NCBI RefSeq assembly: GCF_037042905.1
Contig: NC_087258.1
Span: 2,604,001-2,668,000 of the forward strand
From: Lytechinus pictus
Lineage: Eukaryota
Length of the DNA stretch: 64,000 bases
Direction: 5' to 3'
The position numbers were made by a program, and so were the translations under genes. Below, piece by piece: positions 13,352 to 24,886 of this stretch (its first letter is position 1; each line of letters opens with the position of its first letter). The notes under the pieces are model-generated. The model was not told the origin of the DNA, made no database searches, and worked only from the letters and a program-made list of their open reading frames with translations.

Positions 13352-14406
13352 CTAGAGAGGAAAAAATTAGAGACAATTTTTTGATTAACAATTTCTCTCT
13401 TTAAATATTGGTGAATACTTCATTACAAGGCATATTCTCATTGTGATCTACAAAATGCTAAATACCTAGAGAGAGAGAAATTTTTTTTTGAATGATTTCT
13501 TAATTGGCAAATTTTACTGGAAATATTGGTGAATACTCCATAACATGTTCTCAGTGATCTATAACTAGAGTAATGAATACATACACAATACAAAAATCAC
13601 AAATCAGAAGTAATTTCATGATCAACACTTCCTCTTTGGAAATTTGGTGAAGGCGGACCTTCAGGTAATAAGATCACGTGGTGATTAGATGAAACAAATT
13701 ATCCTAATTGGAGATTCCCAAACTTGAAATTATACCACGTAGTTTTACACCAATAAATGTATAAACCTTATCTTTATACATGTACATATGCCTTAGATAA
13801 GGCCGGGGTAATAATATTGATAACAACGCACCTCGGAATAGGATATATCTAGATAGATGGCGCTATATAAATGCCTATCATTATTATTATAAGCATTTGA
13901 CCTTTGTAAATTCCAAACATTTGTATTTGTATTCAATATACTGTATCCTAGGATACTCTGCCATTAATCTTGTTATCTGTATTTTGTGCTTGCATCATCC
14001 TTTCTCTTTCTGCAGGATGGGAGCCTTTATCTATTCAGTCATATTCTGTAATGTTATAATTTGATTGCACATGTATTATAATAATAATAATAACAACAAC
14101 AATCAATGATAATAATTTAATTCATTAGGCCTGAATAATTTTTTTTTTTGACTGGTGCCTGCCCGGGATTTTATCATTCATAGCCTTTGGCGACACTAAA
14201 TTTCTTATGGATTTGTTTATATTAGCAGGACACCGGTCTGGACAAATTTGCAACGGTGACAGCCATCGTCGAGCGGGCACCGGTGGACCGCACCTTTCAA
14301 CTCGGGCCTAGAATTCATAGACAGGTGGTCCTTATATACAATTGGTCTTTCTTAAAGGTGTTCCTTCTATGTAGGTGGCCATTAGAGCAGGTTTGACTGT
14401 ACTTAC

Positions 14407-14518
14407 TCTCCAGACGGCGCAAGCTCACAGATGTCAAAGTAAACTAGAAGGTCATGTTTGGAATGGAGATGACTGGTGCTGGCTGGTGTACTGATCAAAC
14501 CCATCCTTGGAGATGGAA
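14407..14518 (-). CDS. KIF1A/B (unc-104): Exon 20 (PSPRMGL...HDLLVYFDICELAPSG)
   Basis: ttttag|...GA|gtaagt; 112 nt, phase 1-2. Confidence 0.94.
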
Positions 14519-15297
14519 CTAAAAAAATGAAAAAAATGAGAGGACAATACGATGAGTTCATCAATTCAAGATAATTGACCATAATTTGTAGTTTGACCCA
14601 ATAACTCTTGAAGGAGAAGCATCAAAATCATAATATACATTAGGGACCCGTTTCATAAAGATACAATTTTGTAACTAGCATGGATTTTCATTGGCTGCTG
14701 AGTACTATGGTTGCCATGATGGCATACAAGTAGATACATGTACTGCATGGAAAGGGCACCAACGAAGATTGTACACAATCTGAGCCTATTTTACATGCAT
14801 CAGTAATTTGATCTTTAATTCTATGGTCAAGAATTTGTTAATGAAAATGATCACTACAATGGAAATGCAATACATGTATGCACATTTTGAAAATGTCAAA
14901 CTTCAAGAAATAAACTGTCTTTCAATCTTTAGTTTAATATAAGTTTTATTTTGTTCTTTTTAGGGTCAGCAACTTTTAAGTCCCCCATTGGACTTCTCAT
15001 CTGATCCTCATCCATATATTTATTTATTGACAATATTGTATATTGAAATAATTGTCATTCCTAGTATGTCTGATATGCATGTGTACACATACTGTACATG
15101 TACTATACAGCTTACTTTCAGTTTGGGATCCAAGATTTAGAAATTTAGCTAAAAGTATATATACCAATATGTATCTTCAATGGGTGATTATCAAAATATA
15201 AAGGGGGCACACATCCCCTCACGTCCCTGCCTGGATCCAACAGAAAGAATAAATATATAAAAGAAATTTTAAATTGACCGAGGCCATAATACCTTAC

Positions 15298-15350
15298 CTG
15301 GTGTGGCCATAGGAAGTGTGCATGGGAAACTCCTTTTAAGAGGTCTCAAC
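15298..15350 (-). CDS. KIF1A/B (unc-104): Exon 19 (LRPLKRSFPCTLPMATP)
   Basis: attcag|...G|gtaagg; 53 nt, phase 2-1; compare KIF1A LRPSRRHFPRVMPLSKP. Confidence 0.9.
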
Positions 15351-15510
15351 CTGAATGAAATAAAATAAGTAAAGATAAGTATATGAATATCAAAATACAG
15401 AAACATTAAAAATTGATAAAGATTTGAGGATATACATGTATAGATACATTAAAAACATAGTCATATGCATGTAGTAATCATATACTGTCATAAAAAGGGT
15501 CATTTAATTC

Positions 15511-15976
15511 AATAAGCCAGTTCGTAGTTCCTTTCTGCTTATAATCAAAAGATTCTGCGCATGATCAGAGGAAGGTCATTGGTACTATGTAAAGTGACAT
15601 GGTGGTTTAAAATTTAATGAGATAAGCACCAACTTTGATGTCTTGATTATTCATATATTCTTTTGAATTGTGTTTTTCATATACATCCACAAAAAACAAC
15701 AATGCGTCCACGAACGACTGGTATTTCACAGTTTGCCAAGTACAATGTACATTGTGCAACATGCTATAATATGCATTCAAGGTAGAAATGCAACAAATAC
15801 CTTCATAAAGTGTTCATTGAAGTGCTATTCTAGTCACCTGGTCTATTCAATTTCTTCATCCTGCTATGTAAGGCATGCTTACGTAATATCTTGCTTTGAA
15901 ACCTGCTATCACAATGAAAGAAATGAAAGGTCATTTGACCAGAATTGTCCATGAAGTAACTACGAACTGGTCTATT
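15511..15976. mobile_element. MITE with TIR AATA(A/G)(G/A)CCAGTTCGTAGTT
   Basis: Terminal inverted repeats at both ends. Confidence 0.7.
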
Positions 15977-16105
15977 GATTTATCCATCCCTATTGTACAG
16001 TAGCAAAATTTCTGCATGTGGACTTTGAATCGTCCTGTTTCATACTAACTATGGCAAAAAGAAGCTGAAAAAAGAAGCTGCTGAAAACTATGACAGACAT
16101 AATAC

Positions 16106-16224
16106 CTGGTGGTGGTCTGACTCTGGGTGTGTAACGGATGGGCTTGGTAATGACCAAAGACCTCAAACACGATTGGTGATGTCCTCAGGTAGTCAATGAA
16201 CGCCCTGGTGACGGTGGTTGATAT
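16106..16224 (-). CDS. KIF1A/B (unc-104): Exon 18 ([39 protein letters not shown])
   Basis: ccccag|...AG|gtatta; 119 nt, phase 0-2. Confidence 0.95.
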
Positions 16225-16492
16225 CTGGGGGTACCAATCACAGAAAATATCAGAGAAAAGAAAATAGACATCAAATAGAAAATTACTGAATACATGTATG
16301 TATATTTATTTTTGATAACTTATTTCAGAAAGTGTGATCTGACTTGGTTTTGATAATTAAAATACCAGTTTCGGATCATGCTTGCTTTAGTTATTCTACT
16401 TAATGAGGTTGTAATTACAAAATTGCTTTTAAAGGGACATGAATTTGAAAAATTACTCATGAAATATGTTAATTTTGACAAACTACATTTAC

Positions 16493-16739
16493 ATTTATAA
16501 AATATGACCTACTGTAGGTCATATTTTATAAATTTTTGATGATTTTGATGATACATGTACAAACCAAGTTACAGTACATGTAGGCTACATGTAACTTGGT
16601 TTGTACATGTATCATCAAAATGACATTTTCAGATCATGCTTGATTTGGGTAGAATATTGAATATAGTTGTAAGGATCACCCAAGGGAGAGAAGAAAATCT
16701 GTTTTCATGTATTACAGGTACATGTACCTGTAATACATG
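16493..16739. repeat. Cluster of three perfect palindromes / inverted repeats
   Basis: 16493-16533 (20-bp arms), 16542-16621 (32-bp arms), 16706-16739 (17-bp arms). Confidence 0.92.
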
Positions 16740-17950
16740 TTTAATACATGCACTATTCAAGGGACACTTAACATGTGGTCTTTAGACAAATGGTCTTTCT
16801 GTGCAGGTGATCGTTGAAGACTTGGCAACCACTTGTTTTTCAGTGAATAATTAATATAGTTTGTGGAGTTATGGGAAATACATGTACTAGAAGGTTTCTG
16901 AGAAGTTATATTACAAGATATTGGTTTCTTCTTGGTTTTATACATAAAACTGATTTGCTCTCGGTTGCAAACGATTCTACTAGCAATAAATTAAATGATT
17001 TACAATTGATACAGGACCTAGAATTGACTTGCTATTGATTTCAAACAATGACCTCTATGTTTGAATTGCCTATCTTTCAAAAGTAATATCGCTTCTATAA
17101 CCATATTCATATAATATATCAAGACATTCATATTTCTTTATACAAAGTGATGGTATAGTGTGCATGGGTTAACATGCAAACATGCAAGTATACATGTACA
17201 TGTATGTATAAATACATCTAGTGCAGCAATGACACAAGATAACTTTACAAGTACAGTATTCATCAGAGGAAAGAAAATGGAACATTCATTTTGCATTTCC
17301 CTTACAAATTTAATGCCTTTGTTTCATTAAGGTATAAAACCTACAAATATTGATTTTTTATTTTGCATGTCATGTCAGAACACATTAAAATGAATGATAA
17401 TACATGTATAAAGCACACAATTAAAAGATGTGATCCAATAACTGACACATCTGTAGTCTGAAATCTATATTGTTATTAAAAGCTTTAAAACTGATAGGTT
17501 TAAATAATATTCTTAACTCAGGTCCTATAATGCCTATAATGTACATGTGTAGATTTTTTTAGGGTGAGGGGATGGTACAGTAAATGTACTTTGAACCACT
17601 CCATAAAAAAGGATTAAAAATGGATTAAAAATAATTATAAATAATTATACAATCTCTCAGTAGCTTTGGGACAAGTATTGTAACCGACTTATATGATGTG
17701 TGTCTAGAGAGAGGTTTATCAATAGAGGGCGACAGATGTGATCTACACGTAACAGTCAATTTGAAATTTCATGACAAATCAATCCATGAACGACGACATA
17801 ATGGAACTGATACTTTACACATACATTTCACTTCAAAGTAAAATAAGTCTTTTTGCAAAATGAAAACAATAAGCAGCTGCAAATATCTGTAAATCAGAAA
17901 AGCATACGAAATGAAGAGTGCTGAACAGAAATGTTAAAAACCCAACTTAC

Positions 17951-18053
17951 ATCTTGTACAAAGTAAAAGCCGAGGGGCATACCGGACCGGCCCGAATAGT
18001 GACTGTGATTTTCAACCGATTGAGTAACAAACGCCCCTTGACCATGTAGCAAG
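17951..18053 (-). CDS. KIF1A/B (unc-104): Exon 17b (LLHGQGAFVTQSVENHSHYSGRSGMPLGFYFVQD); mutually exclusive variant b
   Basis: ttttcgctcgctttacag|...|gtaagt; 103 nt, phase 2-0, open; homologous to 17a (AFxT..., GFY/F.V/IQ). Confidence 0.82.
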
Positions 18054-19214
18054 CTGTAAAGCGAGCGAAAACAAAACGTTTGAAAATAAAAAAATCAATC
18101 TTTTGCTCAAACTTTTGTTTAGACAGCAGCACAATGAAAAAGAGATTTTAAAGGAAATAAAAGTAGAAAATTATATTTGCTGAAGTATATACGAGACATG
18201 AAATTGAACTTAAATTTAGAAAATGGATGCTGGAAAAAAATTCCTAGAAATCTCACTTGTATCTCTTAAGGATTCAACATTTTATGGTAAGATATTTCAT
18301 GTTTCTTTTAACAACCTTCCAAACAATTTAGTCCAGATAGACAGATGTTTTTTCTTTCTCTTTTACTTCAGGTGGGGGATTTAAATTGCATATTATTTTC
18401 CTCAAGACCAAAAACTCCTAAAGATCCTGATAAAAACACATTGAGAAAAAGTGGGGTAGTGGAGTAAAATTAATTACAGGAAATCAAATAAGAAATACAA
18501 GCAAAGTATTGTTGTGAGCAAAATGCAAGTGACATGTCCATTCAATCCGCATACAAGAATCGCCAATCAAATACTAGGAAGAAACTGTATACAAAATAAA
18601 ATGTGAATTCAATTTACAAGAAATAAATGAATGAACATTCAAGATAAAATCAAGGCAAAATCTGTAAAAGAAAATAAAATGACTCTAATCTCTCCTCATC
18701 AGTGCTCAAATGATTGTGTAGATTTTCCAACCATTGACAAAATTACTTTTCCCCAAACATCGTGTGATTCGAAAGAAGAGCATAGATTCATTCAACGACA
18801 CCAATTTCATTAATGAACCCAAAAAATCCCCGTAGATTTACCATGGTATAGCTTGCTCCAAGATTTTAAATCCCACAAAGGTTTAGTGCATGGTCTGCTC
18901 AACAACCAGTTTTAATTTCATGTTATTCTTTTTTTTCTCACTGGAAATACAGACTGCCAATAGGACATTGGTTTATTTAAAGTCTTCTTTGATCCCCTCT
19001 TCAAAATGTTAACGCCAATAATTTTGAAGTTTAATTGTTAAATTTTACCTTTAAATGTTATGTATCCGAGATTAGATGAAGAGAAATAAGAGTCAAAATT
19101 AAACATGACAAACAAAAATATTCCATAGGCCTGTTTTGCAAATGCTGGGAGTTGTTCAATGAGTTGCCGTGGTGATGGGGGTGGGGTTTATCTGAAGTTG
19201 CTTGCTGGACTCAC

Positions 19215-19302
19215 GTTCTGTATATGAAAGAAACCCATACAACCACTGCTGGAGTTTTTCATAGGCTCGGTGGAAAATGCCTCATCCCTTCTGTGTAGGA
19301 AT
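19215..19302 (-). CDS. KIF1A/B (unc-104): Exon 17a ([29 protein letters not shown]); mutually exclusive variant a
   Basis: gataag|...|gtgagt; 88 nt, phase 2-0; close to KIF1[17 protein letters not shown]...GFYHVQN. Confidence 0.93.
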
Positions 19303-20590
19303 CTTATCAAGGCACGGAACGGTGAAATGAAAGTGATTACGTCAGGATAAAAAAAAATAGGGGGACTTTGACCCATTGGTTACTCAGATTGTATTCTTAG
19401 ATAGAAATATCCAATAAAGAATGCATGACTGTAAAAAAACACTACTGGCAGGATTCCTAATAAAAAAGGGGTTGTGATTTTCTGGGTTCTTTTTATAGGT
19501 GCTTTGTGCTTGCTGATTGGGCTTGTTTCATTGTATAATTAAGACAAACATTGCTTTAATCTGAATAATCTGTGAGTTAAACCATAGCAAAAAGAATTAA
19601 TAAATTTTTTTGTAAGGCCTGAAATATTCATATGGCCTACAAGTACATGTGTTAAGTGTTCATACTGAACTAATACAATGAAATCTGCATATTAGCTAAA
19701 TAATGGGTTTGAAGTTTTCCCACCTTTGTGAGTTTAAGCCATAATAACTGAAAACACGGTTACATACAATATAATGAATTTGATTCCATTCCAAACTTAA
19801 CAGAGATTCAATGATATGTGGATGGAACGATTTAACACGAAAAAGGTATACTGTAAATGTACATCATAAATATATAACTACATTATTTTATACTCTATTG
19901 AAAAAAGAAGACAAAGTACATGACTTTTTTATCGTATTGAAGAAGTAAATATGAATTTTCATGCCTATCTTTTCATCATGAAATAACTTTTTGAGAAACG
20001 AAGGGAAGTTTTCGATAATTGAAAAGTCAAGTTTTATCATTAATAAATAGGATAAAAATATAAGGATTATTGAAAATACATAAACTTATTAATTTTATTA
20101 TATGGGGCAGAATCCAGAGGTTGGGACTGGTGGCCTTTTCACAAAACTGTTTATGAAGTTACAAACAACTCTATGATCATCATAAGTATGGAAAGTGAAA
20201 TTGTACTCCCAATAATCATTTCTCGATTGAGCTAAATTTAAGGCATACGGAATAAGATTAATATTACCATTGAGAACAGAAGATCATAATGTGAAGTACA
20301 TGTATATTTCTTTTTGCAAAATCAAAATGAGATTATTAAAGATACAGTCACAATTTATTAAGCCATTAGAATAATTTTTGATAAGTTATACTGTACATGT
20401 ACATGTATATTAATTAAGATACCGATACTTGAAATCTAAATGTACTTCTTTTTTGTAAACTGAAAAAGATAACTAAAGTTCACTATTGCGGATTCATAAT
20501 TGGTTTTGCACCGAGTGGTCATGTATCACAAGGAGGACTTATTATCAGAAGCTGTGACCATAGAATCGTAAGAATGGAGACATTGCTCAC

Positions 20591-20774
20591 TTGAACTGGC
20601 AGAAGATGTCGGAGTATTCCGTTGATATCCCAGAGGCCTGTAGCACCGTGACCCGGAAGGTAAAGTTTGACCCAACCTTCAGATGGTCAGCATCACATGC
20701 ATCGAGTGTCGAGAGGGATGTCATTGATTCGGTGGTGCTCATCGCTTCAACGTCGTGACACTTCTCTTCCAAGT
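20591..20774 (-). CDS. KIF1A/B (unc-104): Exon 16 (LEEKCHD...[32 protein letters not shown])
   Basis: gtgtag|...AA|gtgagc; 184 nt, phase 1-2. Confidence 0.93.
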
Positions 20775-21368
20775 CTACACATACATGTAGCAATAATGGA
20801 ATAGCACATTATATACAAAATTAAGAAATAATGATTATTCATGACTCCAATAAGTGGATCAACTTTTGAGCTCAATATATATATGTGGTAGTAGCATATA
20901 AAAAGTATGAAGAGGGCCCCATGTCTGCATACCAAACTATTTAACCTAAAATTTAACAGGAATTTCTTTTTACTTCACAAACAAATTTTGGTTGATAATG
21001 AAAATTCATTATTTTTCCACCATTTTGAGTCAGATTTTTAAAAGAATATCTTTCTATGTATTGCAGGTGTAAAGTTTGTGGTTGCTGCGTATCTTCGTTT
21101 ACTAGAATCATGAAGATACACGTGTGGGCAGACAAGGGGGACTGCGCAGACTTGGGGGACTTTACCATACATGTAGCTGTGGCATAAGTATCAACAGTCG
21201 ATGTGATAGATGTAGCTACAGTATACATGTAGGTACATGTATTAGTGGTTGTCTTTTAAAGCTGTATACCAAATCACTAAAACCACAGTAGTTAATGATA
21301 TGCCCAGACTTACGATGACAAAATATATGCTTGAAAAATGTATCACTAGTCACTGTATCTTATCTTAC

Positions 21369-21471
21369 CCATGTCTGAGTTTTCTCTGTGTCCTTCCACA
21401 ATACGCACGTTCTCCTCTGACATGCTGGAACGACAGATTGCCTTGTTGATCCCGGAAGGAGTTCTTTTCAG
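21369..21471 (-). CDS. KIF1A/B (unc-104): Exon 15 (LKRTPSGINKAICRSSMSEENVRIVEGHRENSDM)
   Basis: tatcag|...G|gtaaga; 103 nt, phase 0-1; RIVEG matches KIF1A EELRIVEG. Confidence 0.9.
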
Positions 21472-22301
21472 CTGATATAAATAAAGAGAACAATCTTAGA
21501 TTGTATTCCTTCAAAGATAAAGGAAGAAGTTTCAATGATGACATATTTGACCATTATCTCAAGACTAATTAATATTAAAATCAGCAAAAATTGATGTTTA
21601 TTTTTCTGTAGAGACAAAACATGCAGATTGTAAGGCATAAAATGACCCAATTTTTCTTTGTGAATTGCTACATGTACTTTAATGCTTAGCATGATCATTT
21701 CAAAACAAGGAAAATGAATACCACCTTCCCCCCTCTTCCTCCCCTGCCCGTTCACCCTCACTTCCCCTTCTCTTGCCTCTTCCCCCTTCCTTCAACCTCC
21801 CTCAGCTTCTGCCGCTTACTTTCCCCCTCCCATCTTCGCCGTTACCACTGACCTGTATTTTTGGCCATGTTGGACTGTCTGACCCATTCCCCCTTCCCAT
21901 CTCTCCCCTCCGACAAACAATCCATCCATCACCTTCTCCCTCTCAACCTTACCCCCATCTTCTTGTTGAAGAATTCATTGTCATTGAACTGTATTTTGGC
22001 CAGACTGCCTAACCTGAACCTGTTCCAATATAATCTTCCCCCTTCCCAATCCCTTTCCCCTGTCCACCTTATATCTCCCCTCTTGCTTGCCTGTGCTGAG
22101 TAGCATAGCAGTAATCCCACATTAAGGCACCATGCATCTTTTCATTGGAGCATTTCTGCATTCCCCATTTCTTTGTCTATGATGAAGAATGATAATTGGC
22201 AATGAAAGACCACTTGTGGGGTTTCCATTTGAAAGATGCAGCTCTTGAGTTTTGAAAAGATAGTTACCTATTTCTCCCTCCCTTTCCCCTTTCATTCTCA
22301 C

Positions 22302-22512
22302 CTTCTTGTTAAAGTATTCATCATCATTGAACTGTATCTTGGCCATGCCGGACTGCCTGACCCCTGACCCATAGTCCGGTGTTTCATCGTCCGGTAGGAC
22401 GTGCTGGACAGCGATGCGTAGATAACCTTTGACATCCCCCTTCTCGTTGACGATGGCAACCCGATGAACCAGAGGAACGGGGTAGAGCAAGTTGCTCATG
22501 TACACAAAGGAC
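22302..22512 (-). CDS. KIF1A/B (unc-104): Exon 14 ([21 protein letters not shown]...[14 protein letters not shown])
   Basis: attcag|...|gtgaga; 211 nt, phase 2-0. Confidence 0.96.
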
Positions 22513-22634
22513 CTGAATGCAAAGAACATGATAGTTATAAATAATAATGAGGATGATGATGAAGAAGATGAGGATGATGGTGAAGAAGGCTATGATGGCT
22601 ACGATTAGACTGAGAATTACAGTACAAGACATAC

Positions 22635-22781
22635 CTTCCAACGAGACGGAACCACGGAAACCGATCGTAGAATGGATCCCTGCACGTGCCGCTGTTTTCA
22701 AAGCCCATATTGCCATCAGGACTTGTAGGCGTGGCATCAGCAGCATTGTCGTACATCTCTCTCATCAACTCCAGTCGCTTC
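22635..22781 (-). CDS. KIF1A/B (unc-104): Exon 13: KIF1B-type stalk motif ([10 protein letters not shown]...[14 protein letters not shown])
   Basis: gtacag|...AG|gtatgt; 147 nt, phase 2-2. Confidence 0.96.
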
Positions 22782-23176
22782 CTGTACATCACAACAACAT
22801 CAAGCAACAATATCAAAACACAGATTGTATGTGTATATCAGGGTCAAACTTAACAGAATATGATTGATGTGTAACAAGTCATCTCTGAAAAGAAGAAAAC
22901 GTCTTTAAAAATAGCTTGTATAAAAATCATTAAATATTTTTATCATAAATTTGACAGTTACGGTAAAAACCAATCTCTTATTTGATATGAGACTAAATAC
23001 ATGTAATTAGTGAATCGTTCATGCATCATACATGTAGAGTGAGATATAATGGTATTACAATAGTGATAGCCAAATACCAAGTGATATTAATCCCAATACC
23101 AAAATCAAGTTCATCGTTGTGACTGGTGGTTGAGTCGCCTCAACGCTAACACCAGCAGTGGACACTTCATACTCAC

Positions 23177-23355
23177 TGTAGTTTTTCTAGGGTCCAGTAG
23201 TGTGTTGCCCCGTTCTTCTTGTCCTGAACCTCGACGGCTACCACCGTCCGTGGGAACGGTCTCTCTGTGACCTCTGCACTATCGCTGCTTGGGACCAGCT
23301 CGGTCGGGAGGGGCGAGTAGAGGGTGTCGGACAGGAGGACAAATTGGAACTCAAC
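23177..23355 (-). CDS. KIF1A/B (unc-104): Exon 12 ([17 protein letters not shown]...[13 protein letters not shown])
   Basis: taccag|...CA|gtgagt; 179 nt, phase 0-2. Confidence 0.96.
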
Positions 23356-24015
23356 CTGGTAGAGCAAGATGGAGACGAAACTAAGTAATAACTCTCATCA
23401 AATTTCGGTATAAAAGGATTTTAAAAAAAGGTATCGATATTGCATACTTCAGCAACACATTATTTGTATCACCCCAAGCTTTAGCTCGAGCTGCGGTTCT
23501 CAGCGCTGAGTGCATTCAAGGAATTCATCTTACGAGGTCAAGTAACTACATGTATATCACTGTGTTGTACATGCAAGCACAACCAAAGGTCTTCAAAACC
23601 ACCCCATTCTCGCACATATATTCACTCCTGACGTAGAGCAAAGCTTATCTGCTCGTAACGTCAAGAATAACAGTTCTTTTCAAAGCTACTTTTAGAAAGT
23701 TAAACCAACGGTCCTTTTCAGGACTAACCTACATGTACATGGTGTTACCGCAAAACTCTCCATTTACACATATTCTCATTTGCTACAAAAATACCTTTTT
23801 TCACGTTCACACATTTCAATGTTTTCTGTGTGCATTTAACACCCTAAACATTCTAAGCCCAGGCCCATTTTCAAAGAAATTTACATTACTGTACATGAAA
23901 GTCAGACCTATTTTCTTCAAAACCATACCGCATTTTCTTACATATTTGTGCTTAGACACCCTATACTTGCTTAACCAGACAAATACCCATTTTGATTAAT
24001 TTCATGATTTTATGA

Positions 24016-24665
24016 GGCCCATCATACATGTATAAAGAGGTACACCTATGATGACTGCCATTTTTGGCAACTACAGTACCATGGTAACATGGCTCAGCAG
24101 CCATTCACAATCAAGGATCAGAGCACCCAACCTGAACAAGAAAATTTCAGTATAATAAACGCTGAAAATCAGTATTTTGGTGAGGAAATCAGTATTTTCA
24201 AAGAAATACCATAGGACAACAAATAAAACTGAAACTTTAGAAATCAGTATTTTGCATGAAACCATCAGTATTCTTCTCATTTTCAGTACTCAGTACGGAA
24301 AATCCTTACTACAGTACTTGGCAGCTCTGAAGGATTCCGTAGTAGTTACAAAAATGGCAAAGATGCCAGGGCCATGTCTTACAAAGAGTTACCATTGATT
24401 TGATCAACCACATCCATGGAAAGCCAGCAATGTCAACATACATGTATAAAATGCATGTTTGTTCCAAATATTTTCTTAATATGTTGGATATTCATCAATT
24501 TCTTAAAAATTGAGGGTGTTCTCTTTGTTTATAAAGGACATTGTCCAATTTTTCAGTAGAAAAAATTATGACATTGATGGATTTCCATACAGTTGAGGTT
24601 GATCGGATCAATCGTAACTCTTTTTAAGACAGGGCCCAGTTGTAATTCTTTATGAAACGGGCCCC
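24016..24665. mobile_element. PIF/Harbinger-like MITE hosting two nested insertions (24119-24329 and 24370-24636)
   Basis: Ends GGCCCC...TAAAG / CTTTATGAAACGGGCCCC; inner MITE 24370-24636 has a CAG TSD and is homologous to 12259-12520. Confidence 0.65.
24119..24329. mobile_element. Short hAT-like element with 6-bp TSD, nested in a MITE
   Basis: Termini CAGAGCACCCAA/TTGGCAGCTCTG; TSD AAGGAT; internal AATCAGTATT repeats. Confidence 0.75.
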
Positions 24666-24737
24666 TGGTGATGTGTGCACACACCAATAATGCCTACAGT
24701 TAAGTACCCCCTCCCCTACCCCCAGGCAATTTCGTAC

Positions 24738-24886
24738 CTTCTTTTTGAGTTCCACACTGATAGCATTAGCCTCTTTGAGTAGTATAGCATTGCCCCATAG
24801 ATCATCCCGGATTGATGTAAACCTGTAAAATCTCCATTTTCTCCAGACCCACATCGCAATCTGGTATTCCCTGGCAGTCCATTGAC
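24738..24886 (-). CDS. KIF1A/B (unc-104): Exon 11 ([49 protein letters not shown])
   Basis: ccttag|...|gtacga; 149 nt, phase 1-0. Confidence 0.96.

Noticed and set aside
18810-18895. Possible third 17-type exon (PCTKPLWDLKSWSKLYHGKSTGIFWVH)
   Set aside because: Poor acceptor, ends in TAA with no phase-0 donor, and similarity too weak
20953-21228. ORF with a phase-1 acceptor between exons 15 and 16
   Set aside because: No credible donor; exons 15 and 16 already join in frame
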